DNA from: Macrostomum lignano
Taxonomy: Eukaryota
Direction: 5' to 3'
Assembly (NCBI GenBank): GCA_002269645.1
Contig: NIVC01001392.1
Span: forward strand, 62,001 to 126,000
DNA: 64,000 nucleotides
The notes beneath the pieces are model-generated. The model saw only the letters and a list, made by a program, of their open reading frames with translations. It made no database searches and had not been told where the DNA came from. Position 1 is the stretch's first letter. The number at the start of each line of letters is the position of its first letter. Positions 1 through 20,523 of the stretch are shown piece by piece. Made by a program: the position numbers and the translations under genes.

Positions 1-625
1 AGCAATCCCCCTTGATCCCTTGACCACCTGTGCATTCCCCCTTGTGATCCCTTGACCACCCGTACAATCCCCCTTGTGATCCCTTGACCACCTGTGCAAT
101 CCCCCTTGATCCCTTGACCACCTGTGCATTCCCCCTTGTGATCCCTTGACCACCTGTGCATTCCCCTTGTGATCCCTTGACCACCCGTACAATCCCCTTG
201 TGATCCCTTGACCACCCGTACAATCCCCTTGTGATCCCTTGACCACCCGTGCAATCTCCCTTGTGATCCCTTGACCACCCGTGCAATCCCCTTGTGATCC
301 CTTGACCACCCGTGCAATCTCCCTTGTGATCCCTTGACCACCCGTACAATCCCCTTGTGATCCCTTGACCACCCGTGCAATCCCCTTGTGATCCCTTGAC
401 CACCCGTGCAATCCCCCTTGTGATCCCTTGACCACCCGTGCAATCCCCCTTGTGATCCCTTGACCACCCGTGCTATCCCCCTTGATCCCTTGACCACCCG
501 TGCTATCCCCCTTGATCCCTTGACCACCCATGCAATCCCCCTTGTGATCCCTTGACCACCCGTGCATTCCCCCTTGTGATCCCTTGACCACCCATGCAAT
601 CCCCCTTGTGATCCCTTGACCACCT
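1..625. repeat. Minisatellite, ~30-32 bp unit (GTGCAATCCCCCTTGTGATCCCTTGACCACCC), truncated by window start
   Basis: Direct tandem repetition of GATCCCTTGACCACC at ~30-32 bp period; units vary mainly in C-run length. Confidence 0.97.
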
Positions 626-3609
626 GAGTGATTCAACTTGAACTTTCCCAGCAATTGGACTATTAAAGCTTAAAGCCAGAGACCATTATAAAGCACTACT
701 CTACGATAAGCCAATAATTCTACAGCTCGCTCATTTGGCATCCGGGCCCCTCGCAGATTGGATGCTGATCGAATGTCTCGTTAGTGGGAGTACCCGCACC
801 TCATCACCATCGCCTATGGCCAGCCCTAAAGTTTGAACTGCTCCCCTCCCTAGCCACTGGGCATTAGACCTTTCTTCTTAGTTCCCTATAGGAATTGGCG
901 GTCTGCCCTGCCTAGAGATTTCCTCTGATCGATGGTAAATCTCCGGCTTCAACTTCCCCTGGCCTGCTTCCCAATGCTCCTGTTTCACTTCTCAAGCTCC
1001 TCTCCCGCACTACTGCCTTTATTAGATAGATATATGGAATAGTTCACTGGGCCTGCTACTTTCATAATAGTAATGAAGAAATATATATAGCAGCAATTGA
1101 TTAAGAATTACTCTTATATTGTACTTTTAGTTATTATGATTGCAAGAATCTGACATTATACGCAGTAGTCTTAATCCCAAACTTTAACTTTACGAGTTCA
1201 AGTTTTGAAATTGGAAAGTTTTCTCACTTCTAAAGTCCTGTCTCTGTTAGGGCCTACATTTGCATACAAAGACAACTAATGCTGTCTATTCAGACTTGTT
1301 GCTGTTGTTAACCGGGGTTGCCTAATGCTGGCATGGATCAGTCTTAGTTATGCTCTGCAGCGGGAGTGATGGGTCCTCCCGCATATAAGTAATTGGAGGG
1401 CAAGACTCAAGGCTTGACCAGTGGGGGTTGGTTTACTGCGAACAACTAAACATTTTTGGCTTGACTCGCCGACTTAACGGTGAAACTGCGGTCTCAAATC
1501 AGGGTACTTCCGGCAGCCAGTGAGAGCCATTCCACAGGAGAAAAGCGAACACTACACCAAACTCCCTGTGCAGTGAGTCTCACTGGTAGGGTATCAACTT
1601 CTGGGGCTCATGCCTTACCAGCTTCTGTGGCTTAAAGCCTTCGAGATAGTCCTCTGACCAGCTCTCTTCACAGTTAGGTTCATCTAACGCAGAGGCAGCT
1701 CAAGCTCAATACTTGCGGTAATCTTCCAAAACGTAGACAGCTCGTTTGTGGGGTCATCTGCTGGATTGACTACATGGACACGCGCACACACCGGGTGATT
1801 AGTGCACCCACGATCTTGAAAAAGGGTGCTCCAAAACTTGCCTATCTGTTGTGTGATATATTACTTGACCAAAGGTATTGATATATAAAATTTGTTCTGA
1901 GACAGCCGCCAGCGTCGCTTCCTGGGATGCGAAAGGACCATATATTGAATTTCTTGAATAACCCGCCACAACTATACAATTCGTTTGCAATGCGCTTGTA
2001 CACGCCTGCGATTCTTATAAACCTGCCCGGACTTTCAACCCGATGAAAGATTCTGAGCTATCAGCAGCTATGTTTAACGCCGCGTCTGCTACTGTCGACT
2101 TCTTGCTTTACTCTCTGCGCCAATTTTTTCTCTCCATGCCGGCAAACAAGTTGGTTGGCCTGCCTTAGCGCGCGCACAGTTCCGCTGATTTAGGAGAGCC
2201 GCCAGCCGTCCTCCATCCTATTCGGTCGTCCCAAGTCCTGCCACGTTCGCATGATTAAATTTGCTCGCGCTTTTTTTTCCTGGCTTTCTACCAAAGCCTG
2301 CGGGATGACGAGGGGGGGGGGTGTAGAGACGTGGCAAGAAGGACAGGGACATGGAGAGAGAGTCTGACATGCTGAAGCAGCGTGCTTGTGGTCCAGCGCA
2401 CCCAGAAGTGGCTAGGCTCCCGCTACTGTCTATTGTGCCCGTCTCTTTCGCTCTTTTAAAGTGCTCGTCTGCTCTGCCTTCACTTGCTTCACATCATATT
2501 TCGTCTGACTTGCAGCTACGCACATTGACCCAGTGGGACTAGCCCTGGATTGAGATGCATTGCTAGCGCACAACTTAAATATTATACTTACTATGCAATT
2601 GCTTATCACACAGGAGCTACATACTGTACTGCGATATTTTTAGGTCAAATCTTCGTTGCGTCTGGCCTATAGAGACAAGTCTGATGGATTTACCGATTTA
2701 GCTTCCATTGAGCTTATGTGTTATATAAATAAAAGATGGTTGTGTCGATAAAACGATGCAAGATGATGGATGTCTTATGTGATGTACATCCATTATGAGA
2801 TCGTGAATCGCTTGAAGCCCCTTCAGTGTTCTCTAGTGTAGTTTGTATAGTCAGAGCTATCTCTCGGTGGTTTACAGCATTGAGGGTTCTGTAGTGTGTT
2901 ATCAGGGCTATCTGTTAGTGGTTTACAGCCTTGAGCATTCTGTAGTATGTAATCAGTGCTTTCTGTCAGTGGTTTACAGCTTTGAGCATTCGGTAGTATG
3001 TAATCAGTGCTTTCTGTCAGAAGTTTACAGCTGTCCTTTCCAAGATGTAGCTTCATTCAGAAATAAAGTTCTATTGTGCTCAATCTTAGCTTTCCCGGTT
3101 TCTGTGCCAGTGACTAACGGCATCTTGAAGAGATTGGCAGGTGTATTAAGTGGTTCATGCAGTTTAACTAAAGGAGTGCGCTTGGCCTGAAACCTCTGCA
3201 GCAATTTCGAAGAAAATCGTCTTTTCCCCCAGTCAGTCAGTCCTTCGGTGTTTCTCCAACCAACCGCAGTTCTGCAGCCTCTTAATCCTTTCCCCAACAC
3301 ACGTGCCGTCTCTCCCTCTCCCTTCCGCCCGTCTCTCTGTCCTCAATACCAAAGCTTCCAATGAGCCGCATGAAGGCGCATTTTCCTTCTCCATACATGC
3401 CTAATCTCCCTATCTCTCTAAGGCACTCATCCCAGTGTACCTATATTATCTTTTCTTTTGCGCACAGAGGATAGACTTGTGCCGAAAAGGTCATCCGATT
3501 TTATCTTGGCCCATTTATCCCCCTCGTGCCCTCTTATTGAATCGGATTGAGCATTAGCCAAGCTGAGTGAGTTAGCCGCGTCCAGTCAGTCGCTGCAGAA
3601 GATTAAAAA

Positions 3610-10749
<7,140 letters not shown>

Positions 10750-13455
10750 GTTGATCTACTTAAGCTGCTATAGATAACTTGACTATAAATTATTAATATC
10801 AAATTTCAATCAAACATTTTGTATGCACAATCAGCGTCATTTCAGTGTCTGATTTTTCTAGAATGTATTCAAGTTTACATATGAAACACTAAATAGGTCG
10901 CTATTATAATTGTGTGTACTGTTGATTTTTTGCAAATTTATCCAAAAAACTCCAAACAGACGCTGAATTATAAGTAGCTCACATTTCTATTTAAACATAA
11001 ACTTCGGGAAATGCTCATCCAGTATTTTTAGTACCGTTTCAACTTAACTACAATTACAATACATCGCAACAGATTCCCTAGATTCCCAATCAATTTTTAA
11101 TAATGTTATTCACCACACTTGGATTTCTGCTCCATCAGATTTAATTTAAATTATATTGTTTTGTGTCGATCTCTCTAGCTAGTTAGTTAACTATTTGGTT
11201 GTAAATCGTGAAACTTGTCAAGGCAAATCCTATTCGTTAATTATTAGTCTTTGCTTCTGTAGTGTACTTTTCGCTGTTTTAATCCCGTAGAAGACGAAAA
11301 GTTTTCGTTTATTATTTTTTTCTGTCAGTATGGATCTGCTGCTTACTATTGCGCAGCACCCGTGTAGATTGAACAGTTTTTTCAGTTGACCTTGTTAGTA
11401 ACTTCTTACTCTATTGTTAATTAAATCTGATCATCTAAATCCATCTTCAGTAAACGAGTAGTTTGGTTTCCTTTTTGTTTCGTGTGATTTTGCTCAGGCG
11501 TTGGTCACTGGGACTGTTGACTCTTGCCCCAACAACTTATTTTTTTCACCCGAATATTCTGCTCAAAGGACACTACGATACTTTGAGAAGCTTGACACAA
11601 GTGGCTGGTATTAGTGCGTTTGATTAAATGCATGTATGTCAAAAATCGTCTCTAAATTAACTTACTGTTATCTAGCAGAAAAGCGAAGTAGATTCGCTTT
11701 TCCCCTACTATTAGTAGGTCAGGCTTGGGAAGTGTTATTACTGGGGAGAAATAAGGGGCTTGAGAGTTAATAAAAGTATAGAGCAGATGTGATTCTGGGG
11801 AAAAACTCCTGCTGGTTTTGTCTCGCATAGAGACGCCGAACCGCAGTACCCCTGTGACACTTGTCTCTGCCTGGCCGAAAGCTTTTAATGAGTTAGTAGG
11901 CTGGGTTGGAGGGTAATAGTCGATTAGGAAGGGCTGTGGGTAGCTGTATAGGAAGGCAGGCCTATACCTGTTCCAGTTGATGCTCTGACGGTCTCCCTCG
12001 GAGTGTCCTCTGAGCGAACAGCCAGCGACTCTATTAAAGCTGGAGTGTGCCAGGACCAGGACTGAGTCTGACCAGGACGGGGCCGTTGGCACGGCCTAAT
12101 AGAAATGGCGGGTTGGCAAAGCAAAGGGTGAAATAGTCCCGGCGATTAGCCCTCCTGCCGCTTCAAAGATAAGAGACTGTCTGGCAAGAGTACCCGGGGT
12201 TTAGTGGGTGGGGAGGCTCCTTCGGGTTGCCACGGCCGTGGGGGCGGTCTTTTGACCGGTATTTTGGCATTCCTAACCCCGGAGAAGGCACGGGCTTCCC
12301 TGATTGGTTCACTCAAACCCCTCTAGCCCCGGGGAGGTTTTGATTTGAGTTTGGAGTAGGTGCGACGGCCCGACGGTAGGGGGTAGGCCCCGCCCTCAGC
12401 CCGACTGGTGTCGCCTGCTCGGCTTGATGGCCACAGTTTCTTTTAGCCTAGCTTAGAAACCTAGTGTACATTAGTACACTCCCAACTTGGATCCTAATTC
12501 ATTCCTAGTGGCGTAAGAGCCTGTTCAATGGCTGAGGCGCCTTATTACTTATTTAGTAGTAGTAGTAGTGATTCTTTGAAAAAAAGAAACTAGGGTCAAC
12601 CTAGGATACTAAATACAGGTATTCAGTAAAGTGACGTCACCTAAGAGTAAGCGAGCTGAGATAAGGCCATGGATAGGGAATGTGTAGACTTTTATCGGTG
12701 GTCTTTGCCAGTAAACAGTGCGCAGTGGTATAGTAATTGCCTAATTGCTTATTGCATCCAGGAACTAAAACCTTTTAAAATCGTTGCATTTTTTTGTTTA
12801 AACATCTTTCGAATTAATATCTTGAAATCTTGAATTTCTGTCTTCCTTCTTTAATCTTACATAAAAAGATTAAAAACATCAGCATCAGGGGAACATTGTG
12901 ACAGCAACTATTAAATTCGAATCAGTATGAAACCACCAGTAGCCTAGACCGGGTAGCCAGAATCTACTATTACGAGCTAGTAGCTAATGAAACTGTTGGT
13001 TTGTTGGGACTCTATTAGGCGGTCATAGTTTTGGCATATTAAATTTCTGAGCTACTTAGAACACGGCACTGCTAGCAATGTATTCAAATAAATAATGTAC
13101 AAAATTGTTTTAGTGAAATTCGAATGGTTTGAATGACGTAATCATTTTATCAAATACAGATTAGCACACGCACACTTTGTAAAGAGGCATCTGAAACAAA
13201 ATTTGAATTATCACTTTTCTTAAAGCCTATTTTTGGTCCAAGGTTGTCTGAGTCCTGACCGCTTGTCACGTTTATTGGGCCATGCAGAACCGATTTAACT
13301 TAAATATAAGCTCCTTACAACCCTGATATATCATTAAATAAACTTTTTATTTCAAGAAAGTTACAAAGTTATTTTAACTCAACTTTACATCAGTTGCTGC
13401 CTTGGTTTTTAATTTCCTTATTTTAAGGCCTTCGATTATTTAAGTTATAGTTTTT

Positions 13456-14470
13456 GTTTATTCAAGCAGTTGTCTGTCCGTTCACTCAGTTCAATCAAGC
13501 AGTTGTCTGTCCGTTCACTCAGTTCAATCAAGCAGTTGTCTGTCCGTTCATTCAGTTCAATCAATCAAGCAATTGTCTGTCCGTTCATTCAGTTCAATCA
13601 ATCAAGCAATTGTCTGTCCGTTCATTCAGTTCAATCAATCAAGCAATTGTCTGTCCGTTCATTCAGTTCAATCAATCAAGCAATTGTCTGTCCGTTCATT
13701 CAGTTCAATCAATCAAGCAATTGTCTGTCCGTTCATTCAGTTCAATCAATCAAGCAATTGTCTGTCCGTTCACTCAGTTCAATCAAGCAATTGTCTGTCC
13801 GTTCACTCAGTTCAATCAATCAAGCAATTGTCTGTCCGTTCACTCAGTTCAATCAAGCAGTTGTCTGTCCGTTCATTCAGTTTAATCAATCAAGCAATTG
13901 TCTGTCCGTTCATTCAGTTCAATCAAGCAGTTGTCTGTCCGTTCACTCAGTTCAATCAATCAAGCAATTGTCTGTCCGTTCATTCAGTTCAATCAATCAA
14001 GCAATTGTCTGTCCGTTCATTCAGTTCAATCAAGCAGTTGTCTGTCCGTTCACTCAGTTCAATCAAGAAATTGTCTGTCCGTTCACTCAGTTCAATCAAT
14101 CAAGCAATTGTCTGTCCGTTCACTCAGTTCAATCAATCAAGAAATTGTCTGTCCGTTCACTCAGTTAAATCAAGAAATTGTCTGTCCGTTCACTCAGTTT
14201 AATCAATCAAGCAATTGTCTGTCCGTTCACTCATTTCAATCAAGCAATTGTCTGTCCGTTCACTCAGTTCAATCAAGCAGTTGTCTGTCCGTTCACTCAG
14301 TTCAATCAAGAAATTGTCTGTCCGTTCACTCAGTTCAATCAAGCAGTTGTCTGTCCGTTCACTCAGTTCAATCAAGAAATTGTCTGTCCGTTCACTCAGT
14401 TCAATCAAGAAATTGTCTGTCCGTTCACTCAGTTCAATCAATCAAGCAGTTGTCTGTCCGTTCATTCAGT
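13456..14470. repeat. Minisatellite, 32/36 bp units
   Basis: TTGTCTGTCCGTTCA(C/T)TCAGTTCAATC(AATC)AAG(C/A)A(G/A) repeated; the two length classes differ by one AATC. Confidence 0.97.
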
Positions 14471-17400
14471 CTGCGTTGCCACATATGCAGAACGATTCAC
14501 AATGGAAATGCTCGTAGAAAATCAGAGAAATTAAGAGAAACGCTGGCTAATCGGATAATCCTATATAATTATCTGCTTAGCTTATGTTCAGTGTAGCACG
14601 TATGATATATTGTTTGGATAACATAAGCTCTAATTGCGGCACATAATAAACAAACTGGGCTAAATCACACGATTTAGAGGGACAAGATAAGGACTACTAA
14701 AGTAACGTAATCTTCTAGTGGTCCTTGGTACATGATTTACGAGTACTGGCTTGCACAGTATTAATGGCCGAACTGCGTCTGCAAACTATTCACTGCTGCT
14801 TACTCTCTCTCTCTCCCTTTCTTGTCCAGGAAACGTGTAACATTAACGTGGCATATCGCATACCATCCCCACAATTGTTAAACAGGATCGCTGTAACCAC
14901 AAGCCAATTGATTCATTCTTATTAAGCAAAATAATCGCATTACACGTGTATCCGTTTACGAGTATGTGAAGCGTGATTTATTATTTTGCGATCTGTGTAT
15001 AGCCGTCGTATCTGGCAGTGCTGGCTAACTCACAGTTACGAAGTACTACCGCAGCTACCAAAGGCCATTTAACCTTCCTGCTTACTAATATCTTAGTTTA
15101 ATGTCTCTTTTACGTGCATTTCTCCTCTTTACAATGTCGCAAGCAATTATGGCACAAAATTCACAATCTCCAATTTTTATACTAAGCGCGATTTGCTTAC
15201 TGTATGCAAGCAGTTAGGCTTCTCTTTTTGGGAAATTCGCCTCCTTTTGAGAGTTTTTGAGAGCCGGAAACTTATCGTGATTCTGTTAATGTTGAAGTCA
15301 ATAATTTAGCCCTGTCTCCCATATATACACGCTGCCTATAGTAAACTTGGGATATCCAGCCAAACTGTCAATGTTTTAATAAAAACAACTCGTTTTCTGT
15401 GCATAATCGAAGAAGTAGTGGAATAGCTCGTACAGCCATATGCTCTGTCAGGAAGAAATTTCATTTCCTAGCAGCTGAATACAAGCTGAATTATTAGAAA
15501 ACAAACTTTGCGCTTAAGAGGCGAAAGTCTTGCAGGTACTTTTTGCCACGGGTGTGCTTTCTTAATTCACTCGATCCAAATGTTATTTCTTAAGTCGCAT
15601 TTAGAGTTCGCAATCCCAATGCTTCATATACATATGTATCTCCAAACGTTACACTCCCAAATTTTTAGCTGTTATACTAAAACAAAAACTTAGCTCTTAC
15701 AACAGCCCATGCAGAGAAAAGGCCAGAGACTCGGTGAAGCATTATATGAGAGGAACCCGATTGCATTAGTGGCAGAGTGGCGTACGTCCCGCATACATGG
15801 TCCATGCGGTGCAGCATCCCCCTGATCTTCGCCATGCAGTACCGCTTTAATTGGCTCTGTGGGGTCGATGCCTCGCAGCTTTTCCCATTTCCCACGTCTT
15901 CCGCATTGCTAAGCAGCCGCTGGCCCGGCGCGGATATAAAGCCAAAAGTTTGCAGCTTAGCAGCTCAGGTTTGCCTCGGGTCATGCCGCGGCTTGGGTGT
16001 TGAGGTCACTCGAGTTTGGAGCAATTACATCTCATGTATACTGGCTCAGATTTGATTATTAGCGCAGTCAACTGAAGTTTCATAGGGAAAGTGGAGCTGA
16101 TGCTTATGCATAGGCAGCAGTAGATATTTCAAATAAGTTGCCCTTTTTAACGTCAGCAGCTCCTTTATCAGAACGCATACAGTCAACATCAATTTTGAAC
16201 GTCTCGTACATGTACTGCTGGTACATATTGTCTTGAATAAAAAATTAATAAGTCGATCTTGTATAGCTCAGGCCCACTAACCTTGCACTTACATTACCCC
16301 ATTTATAAAAGGTTGCCATGTGTTTATAGAAAGAATCTAATCTTTTTGAGCATTTTTCGATTTTGAATTTCAACCCATTCCGATTATTTCAGAAATGTAT
16401 GATTACAATAATTAAATATTGGCCTGAATTGATTAAAAATATAGCATCAATTATTTATAGAAAAACATCCACTAAGCATGGCATCGGCTTTGCACTCGAG
16501 ATGTCTCTTTCTCTATATATTATTTTTGTGCGAGATAAAACAGCTGCTTTGCAGGAAAGTGTTTTAATTGTCTCAAAAGAGGTTATATTGGCTCGATTGC
16601 GTGCATTTCGAAGTATTTGAAGCAAATTTTAAATTGATACTCCGCATTTCTCTGAAGAAATTGCGTGTTTACAGATACAATTTTTTGGGAAATTTCAAAA
16701 GATATCGCTAATAAAAACTGATTTAGTGCATCAGTGGACACTGCGAATACAGTAAAACATGCAAATATACATGCCATTGGCAAATCAAATTTGAGCGTTA
16801 AACACAAAAATATAGACTCTCGATGCTCGTGATGTGATAAACATGCATAGTCTTTTTCCCGAGAATTGGTTCTGGAACCAGAATGTGTAAAAAATGAAAA
16901 TCATTGGATTTATTTCAAAATTTTCTCAGCCAGTAAACGTGACAGTGACAAGGATAAATCTTACCGGAAAGTCTGGCACGAAAACTATACGAGGTGTGGT
17001 TTCCTGGAAAGATGGATGTAGCACTTGGTCTTCTAATGATTAAGTTTTGTGTCGATTTAAAAGAAAAAAGCCTGTCGTTTCGCTTATCGAAAAAATATGA
17101 CTAATGCCTAATAGCCCATTAAATTATAACTGATCAGACTTAAGGAAGTTGATGACTATTACTATGTCATATGAAAAACAGTGTTTTCATAACTCAGACT
17201 TTACTCAGTGAGTCAGTCATTTACATACAACATATATACATATTCGTATATCAAAGGAATAAGCCTACTTTTACTGATTTTCAGTTATATTATCATTTAA
17301 TTTTTATTTTGATTACTGGACTTTTTGACCTCTGGCTCTGGCTATTGCCTATTGTATTACATAGTATAAATGTATAATTAAGGCTTAGGCAGCTAGGCCT

Positions 17401-17717
17401 AGTCCTATTCAGTATCTTATCTTTTCATCGTGATAGAGAGGCGATAAACTGGTAAGTGATCTATTTTAGTTTGTTGCTAGGTTGTGTAATAGTCATGATA
17501 TGATTGTTAATAATATTAGTTAGCCTAATCATATTTTTAGCTATTAATTTATATCTATGAATATTTGCAAGGTAGATTTAAATTAATTAGGCTATTATTA
17601 TCAACTAATCAATATAATAATTCTATCAGAATTTAGTTAAAATGGGTAAAAAATACAGGCTTAGACTATTAAAAATGAAAGTCTATAATATTAGTTATCA
17701 AATTTTAAATAATTTAA

Positions 17718-18154
17718 GGCAGTTGTTATTGTTATGGTAACCATATAAATAGCAAAAATTAATGGTTGTTTTATGGTCAACAAATAAAACAAATATCATC
17801 TAAATTTAGTAACTAATATTAAGTGTTTAGTTTTTTAATTTTAGAAAAATTATATGCTTTTAATGTATTGATACAAAGGTAATTTCTAATAGTTAATGTA
17901 TTGATACAAAGGTAATTTCTAATAGTTCTTGTTATCAGCATTAGTTAGGCTTAAAATGTCTTCTTATAATTTTAAAAATAGCCATTCTATTTCTTACAAA
18001 TGGAGACCATAAAAATAATAGCTTCATTATTTATGTAGCACAATTATTTATTTTATTTCTAATATTAAAATCTTATGCAAACATATTAGTTTTATGCATT
18101 CATAAAAATAACAGTTTTGTTATTTATATGGTCACCATGATAATAACAATTGCC
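17718..18154. repeat. Degenerate inverted repeat (possible old MITE) in AT-rich DNA, enclosing a 33-bp tandem duplication
   Basis: 17718-17757 matches the reverse complement of 18115-18154 at 35/40. TTAATGTATTGATACAAAGGTAATTTCTAATAG is duplicated at 17860-17925. Confidence 0.6.
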
Positions 18155-19194
18155 ATAATTTAAATTAAATTTTAGATTAATAATTATATTCAAGGTCCTC
18201 ATTATTTCTAATTTTATTAATTAAAATGGTCAATATATCATATCAGTTTTGAATTAGGCCTAGTTCATAGTTGCAAATATATATTATATATATTATGCAA
18301 TGCATATGCTATATGCCAATGTATGCTAATAGACTTTTATTGTATACAAAAATATATCAAAACAAAATTATAAATGATGATCTTTATATGCCAAGCTATA
18401 TACCAAAGGGTATGCCAGGCCCTTTTATATGCCAATTTGTATACCAATAGCGTGGTATAGGGCCTATACCAGATCTCTTTATACTTGTATACTAGAAAAT
18501 ATACATTATCTAGAGTCTGACATGTACATATAGGAATTTTGTGCCTTATAGGCATAGTTGATTGTATGCTATATATGGGAAGTTAGATTATATCCTAACT
18601 ATAAATGCCAATGCTAATGGACTTGAAAGGTCCATTGATAGATAGTGTCAATATGCAATGATTTTGTCTATTGTCTTTTTATTTGCTAGTAGGTCCTGGC
18701 TAGACAAAATAACTTTTTTGTAATATACAAAAAATGCAAATCTTATCATATTATGTATTTATCTCTCAATTCTATATTCAATTTATATATTTAATTATTT
18801 AATTTTATCTATATTATCTCTCAATTTTATATATAATACTTTTAATATTTTCATATTATGCACATTCAAACAAACTATTAAAATTAAAAACAAGCTTTCA
18901 GGGGCAAATGAAAGGGGACTGGGGGATTCATTTTCCTTCCCTTGAGATGGCCTACCCCCCTCCCCCCAAAGAAAATTTCTGGATCTGGGCCTAGCTATAT
19001 TGTAATTTGTAACCATATATTAGATCATTGTAGTAACCATATTGGCTATCTTTATCAAATTTGAAGTATTGGTTATAGTACATAAAAGTAAAGGTTGTCA
19101 AATTTATAGTGTATTGAGTTAGCTTGAACAACAATAAACATATCTGTATTGAAAAAAAATGAAATTTGCTCACAGGTAGAGCTGCGGCTTATTG

Positions 19195-20523
19195 ATGCAG
19201 GGTGCGGATGCTGGCGGCAGTGGCGCCTGGCTCAGCTCAGTTCTAACCAAGGCAGTGCACCGCTGCGCCCAGGAGAAACTCGACCGCAATCGGGACAGCC
19301 GCAGCCGGGGCTGGCTTCGTTATAACGAGTGGGAGCAGAAGAAGTGGAAACAGCAGCACTATGAATATTACGATGACGAGCTATTCCGCTGTTGCTACGC
19401 CATCAACAAGCTGCCCTGGTCTGTTGGCATCTCAGCGAAATCTCTAGAGGCGGTCTCCAATGTTGAAGCTGTCAATCGGGTGTTGCTAAGCAGCCAAACT
19501 GGCGTCTGCGTCGGCTGCGGCCCCGGCTCCGATGCTATCGCTCTGTTGGCTAGGCGGCACCACCACAGCGCCGGGCCAGCCGAGCCTCTCGTCATGTTCC
19601 TGGTAGACCGGTGCGGCGGCTGGCAGCCGCTAATCTCGAGTATAGATGAGCAGCTAAGAGAGCAGCGACTGCCATACAGCCTATGGTTCAAAGCTGGCTG
19701 TGTTAAAAATGCCGCCGACGCTGCCAAACTGCTGCCAGATGCTGACCTGGTGGTGCTGAGCTTTGCCCACTCAGTCAACGCCGAGCCAGACCTGTGGCCT
19801 CACCTGGCTGCCCGGTACAAGCTTGTACTGGTGATTGACATCACTTCCGAGGCACTGGCTGATGCACTTCAGCGGGTCGGCTTTACCGCCTGTCAGATTG
19901 AAAGCCAATCCGCTGTGTCTATCTTTTACTGCTTGGCCGGCAGCCAGCCAGTGTCAGCAGCTGGAGATGCCGGCAGCCAGCCAGTGTCAGCAGCTGGAGA
20001 TGCCGGCAGCCAGCCAGTGTCAGAAGCTGGAGATGCCGGCAGCCAGCCAGTGTCAGCAGCTGGAGATGCCGGCAGCCAGCCAGTGTCAGCAGCTGGAGAT
20101 GCCGGCAGCCAGCCAGTGTCAGAAGCTGGAGATGCCGGCAGCCAGCCAGTGTCAGCAGCTGGAGATGCCGGCAGCCAGCCAGTGTCAGAAGCTGGAGATG
20201 CCGGCAGCCAGCCAGTGTCAGAAGCTGGAGATGCCGGCAGCCAGCCAGTGTCAGCAGCTGGAGATGCCGGCAGCCAGCCAGTGTCAGAAGCTGGAGATGC
20301 CGGCAGCCAGCCAGTGTCAGCAGCTGGAGATGCCGGCAGCCAGCCAGTGTCAGCAGCTGGAGATGCCGGCAGCCAGCCAGTGTCAGAAGCTGGAGATGCC
20401 GGCAGCCAGCCAGTGTCAGCAGCTGGAGATGCCGGCAGCCAGCCAGTGTCAGCAGCCGAGGAGGCAGTCAACGACTCCAATCTCAGCGGACTATCAAAGC
20501 TGTGCGTGTGTGCGGAAGTCTAA
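19195..20523 (+). CDS. Putative class I SAM-dependent methyltransferase with C-terminal 11-aa tandem repeat; single exon as seen
   Basis: ATG at 19195 (ORF track starts at TTG 19192; a possible splice acceptor at 19200 could instead join an upstream exon). GC-rich ORF in AT-rich flanks. Motif-I-like VCVGCGPGSD, acidic end of strand 2 (MFLVDRCGGW), and motif-IV-like DADLVVLSF. The tail is 16 copies of GSQPVS(A/E)AGDA. Confidence 0.65.
   Translation: MQGADAGGSGAWLSSVLTKAVHRCAQEKLDRNRDSRSRGWLRYNEWEQKKWKQQHYEYYDDELFRCCYAINKLPWSVGISAKSLEAVSNVEAVNRVLLSSQTGVCVGCGPGSDAIALLARRHHHSAGPAEPLVMFLVDRCGGWQPLISSIDEQLREQRLPYSLWFKAGCVKNAADAAKLLPDADLVVLSFAHSVNAEPDLWPHLAARYKLVLVIDITSEALADALQRVGFTACQIESQSAVSIFYCLAGSQPVSAAGDAGSQPVSAAGDAGSQPVSEAGDAGSQPVSAAGDAGSQPVSAAGDAGSQPVSEAGDAGSQPVSAAGDAGSQPVSEAGDAGSQPVSEAGDAGSQPVSAAGDAGSQPVSEAGDAGSQPVSAAGDAGSQPVSAAGDAGSQPVSEAGDAGSQPVSAAGDAGSQPVSAAEEAVNDSNLSGLSKLCVCAEV
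19939..20460 (+). repeat. 33-bp coding minisatellite, 16 copies
   Basis: GGCAGCCAGCCAGTGTCAG(C/A)AGCTGGAGATGCC; a single C/A polymorphism gives Ala/Glu. Confidence 0.97.

Noticed and set aside
1-625. Regular ~32-bp repeats (and other arrays) as possible CRISPR arrays
   Set aside because: Units are head-to-tail without unique spacers; no cas genes; eukaryotic context.
1799-1990. Minus-strand ORF with weak resemblance to Ty3/gypsy RNase H (E..LA.......G......TD...L)
   Set aside because: Only a loose pattern; adjacent frames gave no RT or integrase motifs and no LTRs were found. Needs a profile search.
11652-12450. GC-richer block with 146-aa minus-strand ORF
   Set aside because: No recognisable domain, splice structure or terminal repeats; probably a decayed repeat.
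15690-15910. Possible minus-strand terminal exon (QCGRRGKWEKLRGIDPTEPIK...CMGCCKS*)
   Set aside because: No recognisable homology, weak acceptor, and no partner exons identified.
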